IMG/VR virus record: IMGVR_UViG_3300032268_000973
Location: 32,001-96,000 of that record
From: a virus
DNA length: 64,000 nucleotides
Strand: one strand, 5' to 3'
This document shows positions 1-10,473 of the stretch, in pieces (position 1 is the first letter of the stretch; the number at the start of each line of letters is the position of its first letter). The position numbers and the translations under genes are program-made. The notes under the pieces were generated by a model. It was not told the DNA's origin, ran no database searches, and was given only the letters and a program-made list of their open reading frames with translations.

Positions 1-195
1 TTGGATAAGGTCTCACAAGAATTTTATAACTCTCCCGTGTTTAATTGGTTAATTCTTCAAGCCAATCCTCAATTCGGCGGATTAGAAAACAATATTTACG
101 ATGGTGCTGTATTGATTATTCCTTTTCCCCTCCTACCATCTTTACAAGATTACAAAGCGGCATTAGAAAACCATTTTTATTATTATGGCAGGTAA
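1..195 (+). CDS. 5'-truncated baseplate wedge protein, gp53/LysM-like (C-terminal part)
   Basis: Frame is open from the window start. LDKVSQEFYNSPVFNWLILQANP...GAVLIIP resembles the LysM-like motif of gp53/gpX wedge proteins. Overlaps the start of the hub-like gene. Confidence 0.5.
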   Translation: MDKVSQEFYNSPVFNWLILQANPQFGGLENNIYDGAVLIIPFPLLPSLQDYKAALENHFYYYGR

Positions 196-3100
196 TATTC
201 AAGCGGATAATAGTGGAAACATTCTTGTTGAATTCGATTACAATAACATTATTGTGGTTGATCCTAACAAGACAATTGATGATTTTGGTAACATCAGTGA
301 AAGATTAGTTGATCACGAAAAACTTGTGATGTATGCTAATTTGGAGGCTGAGTTATTACCAAGAACAAAACTTGCGGTTGGTGGATCACCTGAAGATAGA
401 ATTCGAACGATATCAGTTGCGAAAATGAATTTTCTTAAACCTACAAAGAATGCATTTTTGGGAACAGGATATTATGACGAACTTACGGGAGAAAATTCAA
501 CTCAGTTCAAAGGGACTAACCAACAACTCGAAAAAGGACAAGACCCAAAAAATGGAGACAAACCTTATATTCAAAATACTGTTGCAAATGAAAAAGATAT
601 TATTGATAATGGTCTCTTAGGGATAACTTCAATCAATATACAAACCGACAGTAGTTTTATACCAACCGTAGAAATTCAACTTGAAGATATACAAGGTCGT
701 GGATTGTTTGAATTGGGAAATAACTCTCCTTATTCAGCATTCTTTAATTTACCTTACCCACCCTTTTATTTGACATTAAAAGGGTATTATGGGCAAGCCA
801 TCAGATATCAACTTAACTTACAAACATTTCACGCGTCCTTTAATGGATTTAGCGGAAACTATTTAGTTAGACTTCAGTTCAAAGGTTACAAATTTAATAT
901 CCTTAATGAGGTCTCAATGGGCCACTTATTGGCGGCTCCTCACATGTATAGTCAAAGATTTGACGTGACTCAAACGGTTGAAGGGCCCCAACAACCAAAT
1001 GCGGCCGCCGAATCACAAGCGAGTACTCAAGCAGAACGAGGGGCTAATAATCTTGGATCAAGCGAGGCTGTGGTTACGCAACTTGTTGCTGAGAAGGGTT
1101 ATCAAAAAATTGTTGAAGTTTATAGTGAATACAAAGCGAAAGGATTGATTGCACCTAATTTTCCCGAATTAACTTTGGTTCAATTGATGAACAAGCTTGA
1201 CCAGTTTGAACAAACTATTGTCGAATCATTCGAAAAAACTGAGGTCGAATCTTTAACTAATATTCGAAATTACAAATCAGTTTTAACTCAATACTTTAAT
1301 AATGTGAGGGGTGCGAATAATTCTTGGTTTGCAATTTACTTAGATCCCAATCCAATCATTCTTCTTAATAATCAAGAAAAGATTTATGTATTTAAAAATT
1401 TATCTCGTGAGGTAAAAACCACGGCAATAACTTTATTACAAGAAAATATTTCCAAATACAACAAATCTTTATCTGAAAACCCTACTATGGGTTCAACCCC
1501 GAACCCTATAAAGTATGATACTATTTCGGTCACACCTCCTCCTTACGATTCAATAGACTGGAGAGCAACTACAAGAATTAGAACAGGAATACCAAATCCT
1601 ACTGAAGCGGATATACTTGCGTTTCAGTCTTCACTTTCATCACTTTGGGCACTAACGGAATTCCAAAAAACAGAAAGCCCGAATCAAATTGAACCTGTCC
1701 CTCAAAATTTTTTCACATTTGAGGGTGAAAATAGATTTGATAAAAATATTGCTCTGTTGGAAACACAAGCAAACAAAAAACTTTCAGAATTCGAAACTGA
1801 AATTTCTGCAAAATTATTAAGAAAGATTGAAGACACAGATGTGGGGTTAGGTTTCAGACCTACTGTTAGGAACATGATTGCAGTTATTATGGCGTCAGCT
1901 GAAGGGTTTATACGACTTATGGATGATGTTCATACTAATGCATGGAATGTGAAATATGATCCAGTTCGTCAATTAGCAATTTTAGACAATCAAACATCGG
2001 CATTAGGTAGTGAAACTATCGATTATGTCTCAAGAGACCCATCCGTAACATACAACAATAATGAATTAGATAATAATGCAAGAAATTCCCAAATTCCTGT
2101 ATATCCTTGGCCACAATTCTTTGTGGAAGATCCTGATGATAAGAAGGGAAGATTTCAGTTAAAATATCTTGCAGATCCAAGTGTTGTAGATATTACTCAA
2201 GGTTATTTGTATGACAAGTGGCCTGAAGTGGAATTTGTTGAAGAATATATGAAAGGGTTGACACAGAAGTTTCAAAACCCTAACGCTAGTCCTCCATTAG
2301 ATAATGAGAGAGATACAAATATAATCAACATCAATGCGATAGAATTTCCGTCTACAGGTCTTGCGTATACCAACAAAGAAGAAATCAAGTTTTTCTATGA
2401 AATTTGGGAACGACAATTTCTGACGACTCACTATTCAGGATTGATAAGAGCAAACTCAAATCAAATAGATGAACTTTTTAGATTAAATACTGAAACAGAA
2501 TTTAATAATATTCAAAAGAAATTGGGGATAAGTTCACCTTATTTGACTTTGAAGTTAAAGAATTATGATTTGAATTCATCGAACTATCCAAATTTCTTAA
2601 ATAATATATCTAACTCAGGAACTGGCCGAGCATACCAAGAATATATTAGGGATTTCTTTGTTACTCCTTACATCAAAGGAATAACAGAAAATTCTTTTTC
2701 AATTTTGAACACGTTAGAAATTGGAAAAATACCTCAATTTGCTGCAAAATCTGAAGCATTAAAATTATTGATTGAGAATGCGTCTAACGCACCTTTGATT
2801 GTTGACACGTTGCCATATACAAATCAAACTTGGTGTTCAACAAATTTAAGTCAAAGTAGCACATCATTATCAAATGAAGTGTATAATACCAAAAAGTCTC
2901 TTAGAATATTCGAACCAAGAAAGATAATTTCTAATTTTACTGACGTATATGATTATAGTTTTAACCGACCTGTAACTAATTTCTCATACATATTAGGACA
3001 GAATCCTACATCTGAAGTTATTGGTGGGTTGAATTTTTTCTATATATCAAGATTCCCAAATAAATTTATTCCTACAGAGGGATATGTAAATGGAACTTAT

Positions 3101-6100
3101 CCAACCAACACTTTGGCACCAACCGCATTTGGTTCTAACATATTCAGGACAACAACTTCAATGTTGAATACACCTTATTTTGTTAATGCAATTCAAAATG
3201 GTGTTTATAATTCAAGGGCTCAAGGGAACCTATATCCATACGTTCAAGCGGCTTATTTATTCTTAAACTCCCTTCCATTGGCAACATTAAGGGAAAAATA
3301 CAAATCTATATCTAATAGTATTTCAACTGATTTGGATTACATTTCTGCCACGCTGAAAAAATTCGGAGCAATACACAAAATCCCTTATCCTTGGATTTTG
3401 AAATATGGATCTATTTGGCATAGATACAAAAAATACAAAGAATCGAATGTAGATATTCTTAGCACCGCTTGGGATAACTTTAACTATAGTGGAAATTATT
3501 ATCCACCTACAAGTTCGGTAACACAAACATACTCCTTCAAATATTCAAACGTTGATAAAAACATTACGTTGCAAAATGAGAATGAACAAATTCAAATGCA
3601 ACTTGGATTCTATCCTAAAGTAATCAATGACTTTAACGTTTTTTATAATGGATATGATTTATTCCAAAACTATACAGATCAAGAAATTCAGAACAGTGTT
3701 AATGCTGGTATGAAATTATATAATTTCAGTGATTCCAATATCATAGGAGCTATTCAACAAGAGAAAAATCTATCTTTGATAACTTGGTCGGTATTGTTAC
3801 CGAATTTACAGCCTGATTCTGCAATAGAATGTAATCCAAAAGACAACACGACTGGGAATGAATATTTTGTTGTTCCTTCATTTGGAACATTTTTCAATCA
3901 AACGACTAATGCATGTATTTCCAACACAAATAACACAGTCGTAGATTTGACAAATAATCCAAGTGTATATAATGGATCAGTGAGAACTTTGTGGTCAGCA
4001 CCAAATTTTGGATATTTTGATTCAAATCAAATTAAATTCCCTGAGCCTGATTCATATTTGAATTTTATCAATACCGATGGAGATCAGTCACCATTTCATT
4101 TCTTAACTGAAAACAACTATACAAAAATAGAAGAAGTGTTTTCAGTGTTTGATACAGAAATATTGGATGCTTTCGAACTTGAGTTTTTAAATTTCTGTAA
4201 GCCTATGACGGACGCTTCTAAAGGATCGGATGTTATCAGTTTTGGAATATCGCCAGTAAATGTGAATGCAAATTTCAAAAACTTTCAATCTCTATTTAAA
4301 AGTTTGATGTCAGTCCCTGTAAAGAGTGGTACTGAAACTGAAGATGAGTATTTCAAAAACACAATTAACAATCAATTTGGATTGTTCCAAGTTGGTATAA
4401 AAGCCTTCATGGAGTTTGATGTAATATTCAGATATGGTAATCCTTCAAATTATAAAAGAAGAATTTTTGCGTCATACCTATCTCATAACTCAACCGAAGT
4501 TGTTGTTGATCCAATAACTTTTGAACCATATGTTACAAATTCATTACCTAGTTTTGGAGGTATAAGTTTAGTTCAATCACAAGAAACATATCCTGAAGCT
4601 TGGACGGCTTTGGAAACCCAAGTTGGTTTTTCAACAATACCAAATGTCGCATATACTTCTGATGGGTCTTATATTACAGACTTTTTTATTGATAATAATA
4701 TTAAGTTTACATCAGAAAATGTTGTTTTGTTAGCACCAATCATTAAAATGTATGCGACACAAAAATTAAATAATCCAAGTATCAACGCTGCTCAGTTTCA
4801 AGATCAGCTCAGTTTATATTTGGAAAGAGAAGATGATTTACAAAACGTTTTCTTAAATGGGGTTCTGAGAAAATTAAATGCAGATTTGGATGATCAAGTA
4901 CAATTACCTGAGAGGGCGGTTAAAAGTGTTATTACAGGTGAACAAAGTAAGGTTGAAAACTATGAAGTATTCAAAGCCTTAAATGATAAGTGGATTGCTG
5001 GTGGAGATTATAAAACCAAAACCCTATTCGAAGATATGTTATTTATGGATAGGGCTTCGAGAAACATTGGAGATACCGTCCTAATTGACATATTCGATCT
5101 AAAAAACATGTTCAATGAAAATTCATTGAATCAAGCAATGAGTGTGTTCACATTCATAAGTGGAATTTTAATTAAAAACAATTTCACGGTGATGCCATTA
5201 CCAGCATATGTGAATTTTTACAATGTTCAGGATGTGGATGGAGTATCAATTCCTAAACCTGAGGGATCACTACAATTCGCAAATAGTTTGTGGGGAACAT
5301 TCTTAGATGTTGACTATAGAAACTCTGGGCCTAAGTTGGTATGTTTTTATGTGGGGAAACCTTCACAATATTTGAACTTACCGAAACAAAACTCAAGATT
5401 CCGAGATGATGCATTTGAGTTAAGGAGATCTTCTGATAATCCACTTTTGGAAAATCAACAAGGTAAAAAAGATTGGGCATTATCAAACAAATGTGTTGGA
5501 TTCAACGTCGATGTTGGAATTAGAAATCAAAATATATTTTATTCATTTACCGTGTCTCAAGATAACGGTGTTGCAACATCTGAATCGATCAACACACAGT
5601 TGAACATGGTTGACCAAGCATCAGGTAGGGCGGTTGCAACTCAAAACAACAGTTTATACAATCTATACAAACAGAGAAGTTATAAAGCTGGTGTTGTGAG
5701 TTTAGGAAACGCATTACTACAACCAACAATGTATTTCAATCTCAGACACGTTCCGATGTTCAATGGACCGTATATGATTACTGATGTTTCTCACTCAATC
5801 CAACCTGGTTCATTCCAAACAACATTCAACGGAATTCGTCAAGGAATTTATGATTTACCTGCAATTGATAGTTTACTACAAAGTATCAATCAAAATTTGA
5901 TCACAAGAATTGAGGAACTTCTTAAAATTAATAAAGATCAGATTGTAGTATCAGGAACAACAAACAACATCAAATCAGATAGTATTGTTCAAAAGGCCGA
6001 CAATACTTTAGATACTACAAATTCATGTAGTTCTAAAATTACTGACGATGTATATCTGAATGCTAGCCCTGGTTATGTCGCCGAAACTGGTAAATTGACT

Positions 6101-7495
6101 AAATTTACACCTACTGAGTTAGCGGATACATTGAAAAGACTTTTGCCAAGTGACCCTATATTACAAACATTTATTTATTGTATCTCTTATATCCGAACAT
6201 TCCAAAGTAATTCAAATACCGACGTTGGTAACTTCAACGGTTGGAATAATAACTTAGCCACTTTAGGATTAGACACAAATTGGTCAGGACAAGTATCGTT
6301 ATTATCTAAAACTTACAGTTGTGTTAATGTCAAAACAACAGACTCCAAAAATACTTCTTTACCTATCTCCCACTTTAGTTCTTTGGATGATTATGTAAGA
6401 TTTATGGCGGCACGATTGAGGCCAAGAGTTAGTCAAATTTTAGAGCCAAATATGGGATTGGCAAAATATTATGTTTGTTTTTGGCCACAAAAAAATATTG
6501 ATGTTACTTATTACGACGAAAATAAATCGAGATTCAAACAAACAGAAGACACATTTTTCAAAGCATTGTCATCGGCGGTAAGGGTTGGTTTAATTAACCC
6601 TGATGGTTCGGTTGACTTGAAAGAAACAATCAAGAATGATAATAAGAACCCAACTGTAACACCAACACCTTCATTGAGTCAAACTTGTCCTCCTCCATCC
6701 TTAAAATCTTTCGCTCCTGAGGATGGATACACAGGAACAATTATACAACTTAATGGAGAAAATTTTGAATCAATAAAGTCTATAGAAGTGTCGGGTCAAA
6801 AAGTGGATATGAAAACCTTAACGGTATTTAACAAAAATACCTTAAGATTTACTTTACCTTCAATTACAATTCCATTAAACCAAGAAGTTGTTGTTGGAAA
6901 AATTTCGATCACTACTGAATTCGGTACGTCAGAAAGTTCATTGAATTTCACATTCAATCCAGCATTGCAAAATAAAACAACTTCTTCTCCAGGAGCATAC
7001 CAAAGTAAAGAACAAATACAACCTCCAACAATTGAACAACAAGAAGAGTTAGGGCAGAATAGAAATCCTCAGGATATAGGAAGTGTAATTTTAGAAAGTG
7101 AGTCTACGTCTATTTTCACAAACTTTTTCAATAACCCTATAACCAACACACTAAAAGTTTATTTGAAACCTGAATCAACTCCTGGAATAATTTCAGAAAC
7201 AGTCCTTATGGTAGTTTCGATATTCAATAGGAAACTAAGTAATAATAAATACGAAATAACATTAGACCGAACAGAAACTTTAGCATTGGATTCATTTGTA
7301 AAAGATAATGTTTTTTATATTACATATAGTGATGTTGCGGATATTTTGATTAACAATCCTCAAGGATCCTTTAAAACTAATTTTATAAAAGGTGATCAAT
7401 TGATAGAAATAAACTTTGAAATACAAGCAATTCCTTTGGATAAGATTAAATTCCCATCACCTGTTACAAGATCTTTCTTCTTCAGATTTAAATAA
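185..7495 (+). CDS. 2436-aa baseplate hub-like structural protein with a late IPT/TIG-like domain
   Basis: N-terminal GITSINI...PTVEIQLEDIQGR and internal RSYKAGVVSLGNALLQPTMYFNL...GPYMITDVSHSI...FQTTFNGIR resemble the two halves of gp27/GpD hub folds. PPPSLKSFAPEDGYTGTIIQLNGENF (about 6690-6960) is IPT/TIG-like. Confidence 0.55.
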   Translation: MAGNIQADNSGNILVEFDYNNIIVVDPNKTIDDFGNISERLVDHEKLVMYANLEAELLPRTKLAVGGSPEDRIRTISVAKMNFLKPTKNAFLGTGYYDELTGENSTQFKGTNQQLEKGQDPKNGDKPYIQNTVANEKDIIDNGLLGITSINIQTDSSFIPTVEIQLEDIQGRGLFELGNNSPYSAFFNLPYPPFYLTLKGYYGQAIRYQLNLQTFHASFNGFSGNYLVRLQFKGYKFNILNEVSMGHLLAAPHMYSQRFDVTQTVEGPQQPNAAAESQASTQAERGANNLGSSEAVVTQLVAEKGYQKIVEVYSEYKAKGLIAPNFPELTLVQLMNKLDQFEQTIVESFEKTEVESLTNIRNYKSVLTQYFNNVRGANNSWFAIYLDPNPIILLNNQEKIYVFKNLSREVKTTAITLLQENISKYNKSLSENPTMGSTPNPIKYDTISVTPPPYDSIDWRATTRIRTGIPNPTEADILAFQSSLSSLWALTEFQKTESPNQIEPVPQNFFTFEGENRFDKNIALLETQANKKLSEFETEISAKLLRKIEDTDVGLGFRPTVRNMIAVIMASAEGFIRLMDDVHTNAWNVKYDPVRQLAILDNQTSALGSETIDYVSRDPSVTYNNNELDNNARNSQIPVYPWPQFFVEDPDDKKGRFQLKYLADPSVVDITQGYLYDKWPEVEFVEEYMKGLTQKFQNPNASPPLDNERDTNIININAIEFPSTGLAYTNKEEIKFFYEIWERQFLTTHYSGLIRANSNQIDELFRLNTETEFNNIQKKLGISSPYLTLKLKNYDLNSSNYPNFLNNISNSGTGRAYQEYIRDFFVTPYIKGITENSFSILNTLEIGKIPQFAAKSEALKLLIENASNAPLIVDTLPYTNQTWCSTNLSQSSTSLSNEVYNTKKSLRIFEPRKIISNFTDVYDYSFNRPVTNFSYILGQNPTSEVIGGLNFFYISRFPNKFIPTEGYVNGTYPTNTLAPTAFGSNIFRTTTSMLNTPYFVNAIQNGVYNSRAQGNLYPYVQAAYLFLNSLPLATLREKYKSISNSISTDLDYISATLKKFGAIHKIPYPWILKYGSIWHRYKKYKESNVDILSTAWDNFNYSGNYYPPTSSVTQTYSFKYSNVDKNITLQNENEQIQMQLGFYPKVINDFNVFYNGYDLFQNYTDQEIQNSVNAGMKLYNFSDSNIIGAIQQEKNLSLITWSVLLPNLQPDSAIECNPKDNTTGNEYFVVPSFGTFFNQTTNACISNTNNTVVDLTNNPSVYNGSVRTLWSAPNFGYFDSNQIKFPEPDSYLNFINTDGDQSPFHFLTENNYTKIEEVFSVFDTEILDAFELEFLNFCKPMTDASKGSDVISFGISPVNVNANFKNFQSLFKSLMSVPVKSGTETEDEYFKNTINNQFGLFQVGIKAFMEFDVIFRYGNPSNYKRRIFASYLSHNSTEVVVDPITFEPYVTNSLPSFGGISLVQSQETYPEAWTALETQVGFSTIPNVAYTSDGSYITDFFIDNNIKFTSENVVLLAPIIKMYATQKLNNPSINAAQFQDQLSLYLEREDDLQNVFLNGVLRKLNADLDDQVQLPERAVKSVITGEQSKVENYEVFKALNDKWIAGGDYKTKTLFEDMLFMDRASRNIGDTVLIDIFDLKNMFNENSLNQAMSVFTFISGILIKNNFTVMPLPAYVNFYNVQDVDGVSIPKPEGSLQFANSLWGTFLDVDYRNSGPKLVCFYVGKPSQYLNLPKQNSRFRDDAFELRRSSDNPLLENQQGKKDWALSNKCVGFNVDVGIRNQNIFYSFTVSQDNGVATSESINTQLNMVDQASGRAVATQNNSLYNLYKQRSYKAGVVSLGNALLQPTMYFNLRHVPMFNGPYMITDVSHSIQPGSFQTTFNGIRQGIYDLPAIDSLLQSINQNLITRIEELLKINKDQIVVSGTTNNIKSDSIVQKADNTLDTTNSCSSKITDDVYLNASPGYVAETGKLTKFTPTELADTLKRLLPSDPILQTFIYCISYIRTFQSNSNTDVGNFNGWNNNLATLGLDTNWSGQVSLLSKTYSCVNVKTTDSKNTSLPISHFSSLDDYVRFMAARLRPRVSQILEPNMGLAKYYVCFWPQKNIDVTYYDENKSRFKQTEDTFFKALSSAVRVGLINPDGSVDLKETIKNDNKNPTVTPTPSLSQTCPPPSLKSFAPEDGYTGTIIQLNGENFESIKSIEVSGQKVDMKTLTVFNKNTLRFTLPSITIPLNQEVVVGKISITTEFGTSESSLNFTFNPALQNKTTSSPGAYQSKEQIQPPTIEQQEELGQNRNPQDIGSVILESESTSIFTNFFNNPITNTLKVYLKPESTPGIISETVLMVVSIFNRKLSNNKYEITLDRTETLALDSFVKDNVFYITYSDVADILINNPQGSFKTNFIKGDQLIEINFEIQAIPLDKIKFPSPVTRSFFFRFK

Positions 7496-7525
7496 ATGGT
7501 TAACTTACTTTATATTATAACAACA

Positions 7526-7533
7526 TATTTATA
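7526..7533 (+). promoter_or_regulatory. putative late promoter TATTTATA
   Basis: Ends 14 nt before the ATG at 7548; the same octamer precedes five other structural gene groups. Confidence 0.55.
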
Positions 7534-7547
7534 TAAAAAACATTCTT

Positions 7548-7772
7548 ATGAATATTAAAACAGCATTGGACAATTATCTCGGTAAGTCTGTAAGATTTTC
7601 TGAACTTGATAACGGAGACGGAACAAAAGAAGTGTGTGACTTAGATACTGGAGCTTGTTACACAGTTAGAGAAAGAGACGGCTTAATCGAGAGAGCTGGT
7701 CATCAAACCACATTGAATAGAAGAGTAAGAGTCGAAACTCCAGGTGGAATAAAAACATTATTAAATGGTTAA
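7548..7772 (+). CDS. hypothetical 74-aa protein with C-x5-C (VCDLDTGAC)
   Basis: ATG start, follows the late motif, stop 3 nt before the next gene. Confidence 0.75.
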   Translation: MNIKTALDNYLGKSVRFSELDNGDGTKEVCDLDTGACYTVRERDGLIERAGHQTTLNRRVRVETPGGIKTLLNG

Positions 7773-7775
7773 ACT

Positions 7776-8456
7776 ATGAGTTTAGATAAAAAAATTATCA
7801 GTGAGATACAGAGATATCAAAAAATAAATCGATATATCCTTGAACAAGCGGGAGATGTCCCTGTTGAACCTGGATTGGAGGCTTTAACACCACCAGCAGG
7901 TGCAACTCCACCGCCAGCACCAGCAGGTGCGGTTCCCCCACCAGCTCCTGAAGCACCAACTGAACCACAACCAATTGATGTTGAATCTGATCCTGAGGTT
8001 GAGAAAATTGATGACAAAGGAAAATCTGAAGAAGGTGAAGAAGGAGGTTCAGAGGAATTAGATATTACAGAATTAGTTGATTCTCAAAAAAATATCGAGA
8101 CTAAACAAGAAGAATACTTCAACAATCTTTTTAGCCAATTGAATGACCTTCAGTCTAAACTTGGTGAAATGGATACTATTATGACGAAGTTGAATTCTTT
8201 GGAAACTAAAATTGAGAAGTATAGAGAAAAGACTCCACAAGAAAAACTTGAGTTAAGATCTTACGACTCATATCCCTTCAACCAAAAACTTTCGCAGTTT
8301 TTTGACGACAAACAAGAAGAGATGGAAAAAACAGGAAAAAATGATTATGTTTTGACGGCCGATGAGGTTACCGATATAAACGTAAACGATATCAAAAATT
8401 CATTTCAACCTGGGGGAGGAATGGATAATGAAGTTTACAAAACATCGTTTAGATAA
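7776..8456 (+). CDS. acidic, Pro-rich, coiled-coil protein; possible head scaffold/internal protein
   Basis: Pro/Ala linker, Glu-rich stretch, heptad segment QEEYFNNLFSQLNDLQSKLGEMDTIMTKLNSLETKIEK; followed by a terminator. Function is inferred. Confidence 0.6.
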   Translation: MSLDKKIISEIQRYQKINRYILEQAGDVPVEPGLEALTPPAGATPPPAPAGAVPPPAPEAPTEPQPIDVESDPEVEKIDDKGKSEEGEEGGSEELDITELVDSQKNIETKQEEYFNNLFSQLNDLQSKLGEMDTIMTKLNSLETKIEKYREKTPQEKLELRSYDSYPFNQKLSQFFDDKQEEMEKTGKNDYVLTADEVTDINVNDIKNSFQPGGGMDNEVYKTSFR

Positions 8457-8476
8457 CACAAACATCTACACGTTAT

Positions 8477-8501
8477 AAAGGTATCTTCGGATACCTTTTT
8501 T
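8477..8501 (+). terminator. rho-independent terminator
   Basis: AAAGGTATC-TTCG-GATACCTTT followed by TTT: 9-bp stem with a UUCG tetraloop. Confidence 0.85.
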
Positions 8502-8503
8502 AT

Positions 8504-8532
8504 TTGACTAAAGTCGCACAATTACCTATTAT
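8504..8532 (+). promoter_or_regulatory. sigma70-like early/middle promoter of the replication operon
   Basis: TTGACT-N17-TATTAT, directly after the terminator and 34 nt before the ATG at 8567. Confidence 0.65.
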
Positions 8533-8566
8533 TATATAAACATATTATCTATCTAAATTTTAATTT

Positions 8567-9415
8567 ATGAGTTCATTAGACGCCGTATTGGCACAGTACG
8601 AAAAATCACAACAAGGGGGCGGGGCCCAATCAAAAATGTCGCAAGACGAAAGAATGAAAAAATATTTCGCTTTAATCTTAGGAGACAAAGAAAAATCAGG
8701 ACAGAGAAGAGTGAGAATTCTTCCAACTTTAGATGGGTCATCACCATTCAAAGAAGCATGGTACCACGAAATTCAAGTGGGGGGTCAGTGGCAAAAGTTC
8801 TACGATCCAGGAAAAAATGACAACGAACGTTCTCCATTGAATGAGGTTTACGAGGAGTTGATGTCTACAGGTAAAGAGTCTGACAAATTATTGGCTGCTC
8901 AGTATCGTTCACGAAAATTCTATATCGTAAAAGTAATTGATAGAGACCACGAAGAAGATGGTCCAAAGTTTTGGAGATTCAAACACAACTTCAAGAATGA
9001 TGGTATTCTCGACAAAATTATTCCTATTTGGAGAAACAAAGGAGATATTACTGACTCTGAAAAAGGACGTGATTTGATTATTGAGCTATCCAAAGCAAAG
9101 ACCCCTAAGGGTAAAGAATACACAACAGTTTCAACTATTATGTATGATGACCCAACACCAGTACATGAAGACAAACAACAAGCAAAGGCTTGGATTGAAG
9201 ATGAGTTGACATGGTTGGATGTTTATTCTAAGAAACCTGTTGATTACCTTGAGGCGATTGCAAGAGGAGAAACTCCTAAGTGGGATTCTGAAAAGGGTGG
9301 TTACGTTTATGGTGACAGTTCAGTTGAAACTGAATCATTCGGTGGAGGTTCCAAAAAATCCACATACGTAGACCCACAATCTAACGACGAACCTGACGGA
9401 GACCTACCGTTCTAA
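8567..9415 (+). CDS. T4 gp32-like single-stranded DNA-binding protein
   Basis: RVRILP...PFKEAWYH...YRSRKFYIVKVIDR...GPKFWRF...DITDSEKGRDL pattern of the gp32 family; acidic C-terminal tail DEPDGDLPF. Confidence 0.8.
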   Translation: MSSLDAVLAQYEKSQQGGGAQSKMSQDERMKKYFALILGDKEKSGQRRVRILPTLDGSSPFKEAWYHEIQVGGQWQKFYDPGKNDNERSPLNEVYEELMSTGKESDKLLAAQYRSRKFYIVKVIDRDHEEDGPKFWRFKHNFKNDGILDKIIPIWRNKGDITDSEKGRDLIIELSKAKTPKGKEYTTVSTIMYDDPTPVHEDKQQAKAWIEDELTWLDVYSKKPVDYLEAIARGETPKWDSEKGGYVYGDSSVETESFGGGSKKSTYVDPQSNDEPDGDLPF

Positions 9416-9426
9416 TTAAATAAAAT

Positions 9427-9455
9427 AACTCGGATACTATTATGGTGTCCGAGTT
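9427..9455 (+). other. intergenic stem-loop between the SSB and recombinase genes
   Basis: AACTCGGATAC-TATTATG-GTGTCCGAGTT, 11-bp stem with one G-U pair, no U-tract. Confidence 0.6.
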
Positions 9456-9471
9456 CCATCCCCCTAACTTT

Positions 9472-10473
9472 ATGGCAATTAAGAAAAACGATTTCGAAAG
9501 TCTGAAGAAAAAATTTTCTACTTCAGCAAAGTATAAACCTCAAAAATTTTTTGACTTAGGTACTGATTTCTTGGATGCCGTTGGACTTCCTGGTCCAGCC
9601 ATTGGACATCTTAACATGTTCTTGGGTCACTCCGATACTGGTAAAACTACAGCTTTGGTAAAAACAGCAGTTGACGCTCAGAAGAAAGGTATTCTTCCTG
9701 TGTTTATTATTACTGAACAAAAGTGGAGTTTTGAACACGCTAAATTGATGGGATTCCAATGTGAAGAAGTTGTTGATGAAGAAACGGGTGAATTGGATTG
9801 GGATGGATTTTATATCTTCAATAATAACTTTGAGTATATTGAACAAATAACTGACTACATCAATAGTTTGTTAGATGCTCAAGAAAAAGGTGAGTTAGAT
9901 TATAGTTTGTTGTTCCTATGGGATTCAGTTGGTTCAGTTCCTTGTAAGATGACTTATGAAGGAAAAGGTGGAAAGCAACACAATGCATCTACTTTAGCGG
10001 ATAAAATTGGAATGGGTATTAACCAACGTATTTCAGGGTCTCGTAAAGCTGACTCAAAATATGAAAACACTTTGGTTATTGTTAATCAACCTTGGGTTGA
10101 ACTTCCTGATAATCCATTTGGACAACCTAAAATTAAAGCTAAGGGAGGTGAAGCGATTTGGTTGAACTCATCTTTGGTATTCTTATTTGGTAATCAAAAG
10201 GGGGCGGGAACAACTAAGATTACTGCGACCAAAGACAAAAGAACGATTAAGTTTGCGTCAAGGACAAAAGTTTCTGTAATGAAGAACCACATCAACGGAT
10301 TGGGTTATGATGACGGAAAAATTATTGTTACTCCACACGGATTCATTGGAGGTAAAGAGGCCGCTGAAGAGAAAGTTTCATTGGAGAAATACAAAAAAGA
10401 GTATGCTGACTATTGGAAAGATATTATCGGAACTGATGGTGATTTTACTCTAAAAGAAGAAAAAGAAGACTAG
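9472..10473 (+). CDS. uvsX: RecA/UvsX-like recombinase
   Basis: Walker A GHSDTGKTT, Walker B LFLWDSVG, IVNQPW, GGEAI. Start moved to ATG 9472 (MAIKK), downstream of the hairpin. Confidence 0.85.
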   Translation: MAIKKNDFESLKKKFSTSAKYKPQKFFDLGTDFLDAVGLPGPAIGHLNMFLGHSDTGKTTALVKTAVDAQKKGILPVFIITEQKWSFEHAKLMGFQCEEVVDEETGELDWDGFYIFNNNFEYIEQITDYINSLLDAQEKGELDYSLLFLWDSVGSVPCKMTYEGKGGKQHNASTLADKIGMGINQRISGSRKADSKYENTLVIVNQPWVELPDNPFGQPKIKAKGGEAIWLNSSLVFLFGNQKGAGTTKITATKDKRTIKFASRTKVSVMKNHINGLGYDDGKIIVTPHGFIGGKEAAEEKVSLEKYKKEYADYWKDIIGTDGDFTLKEEKED

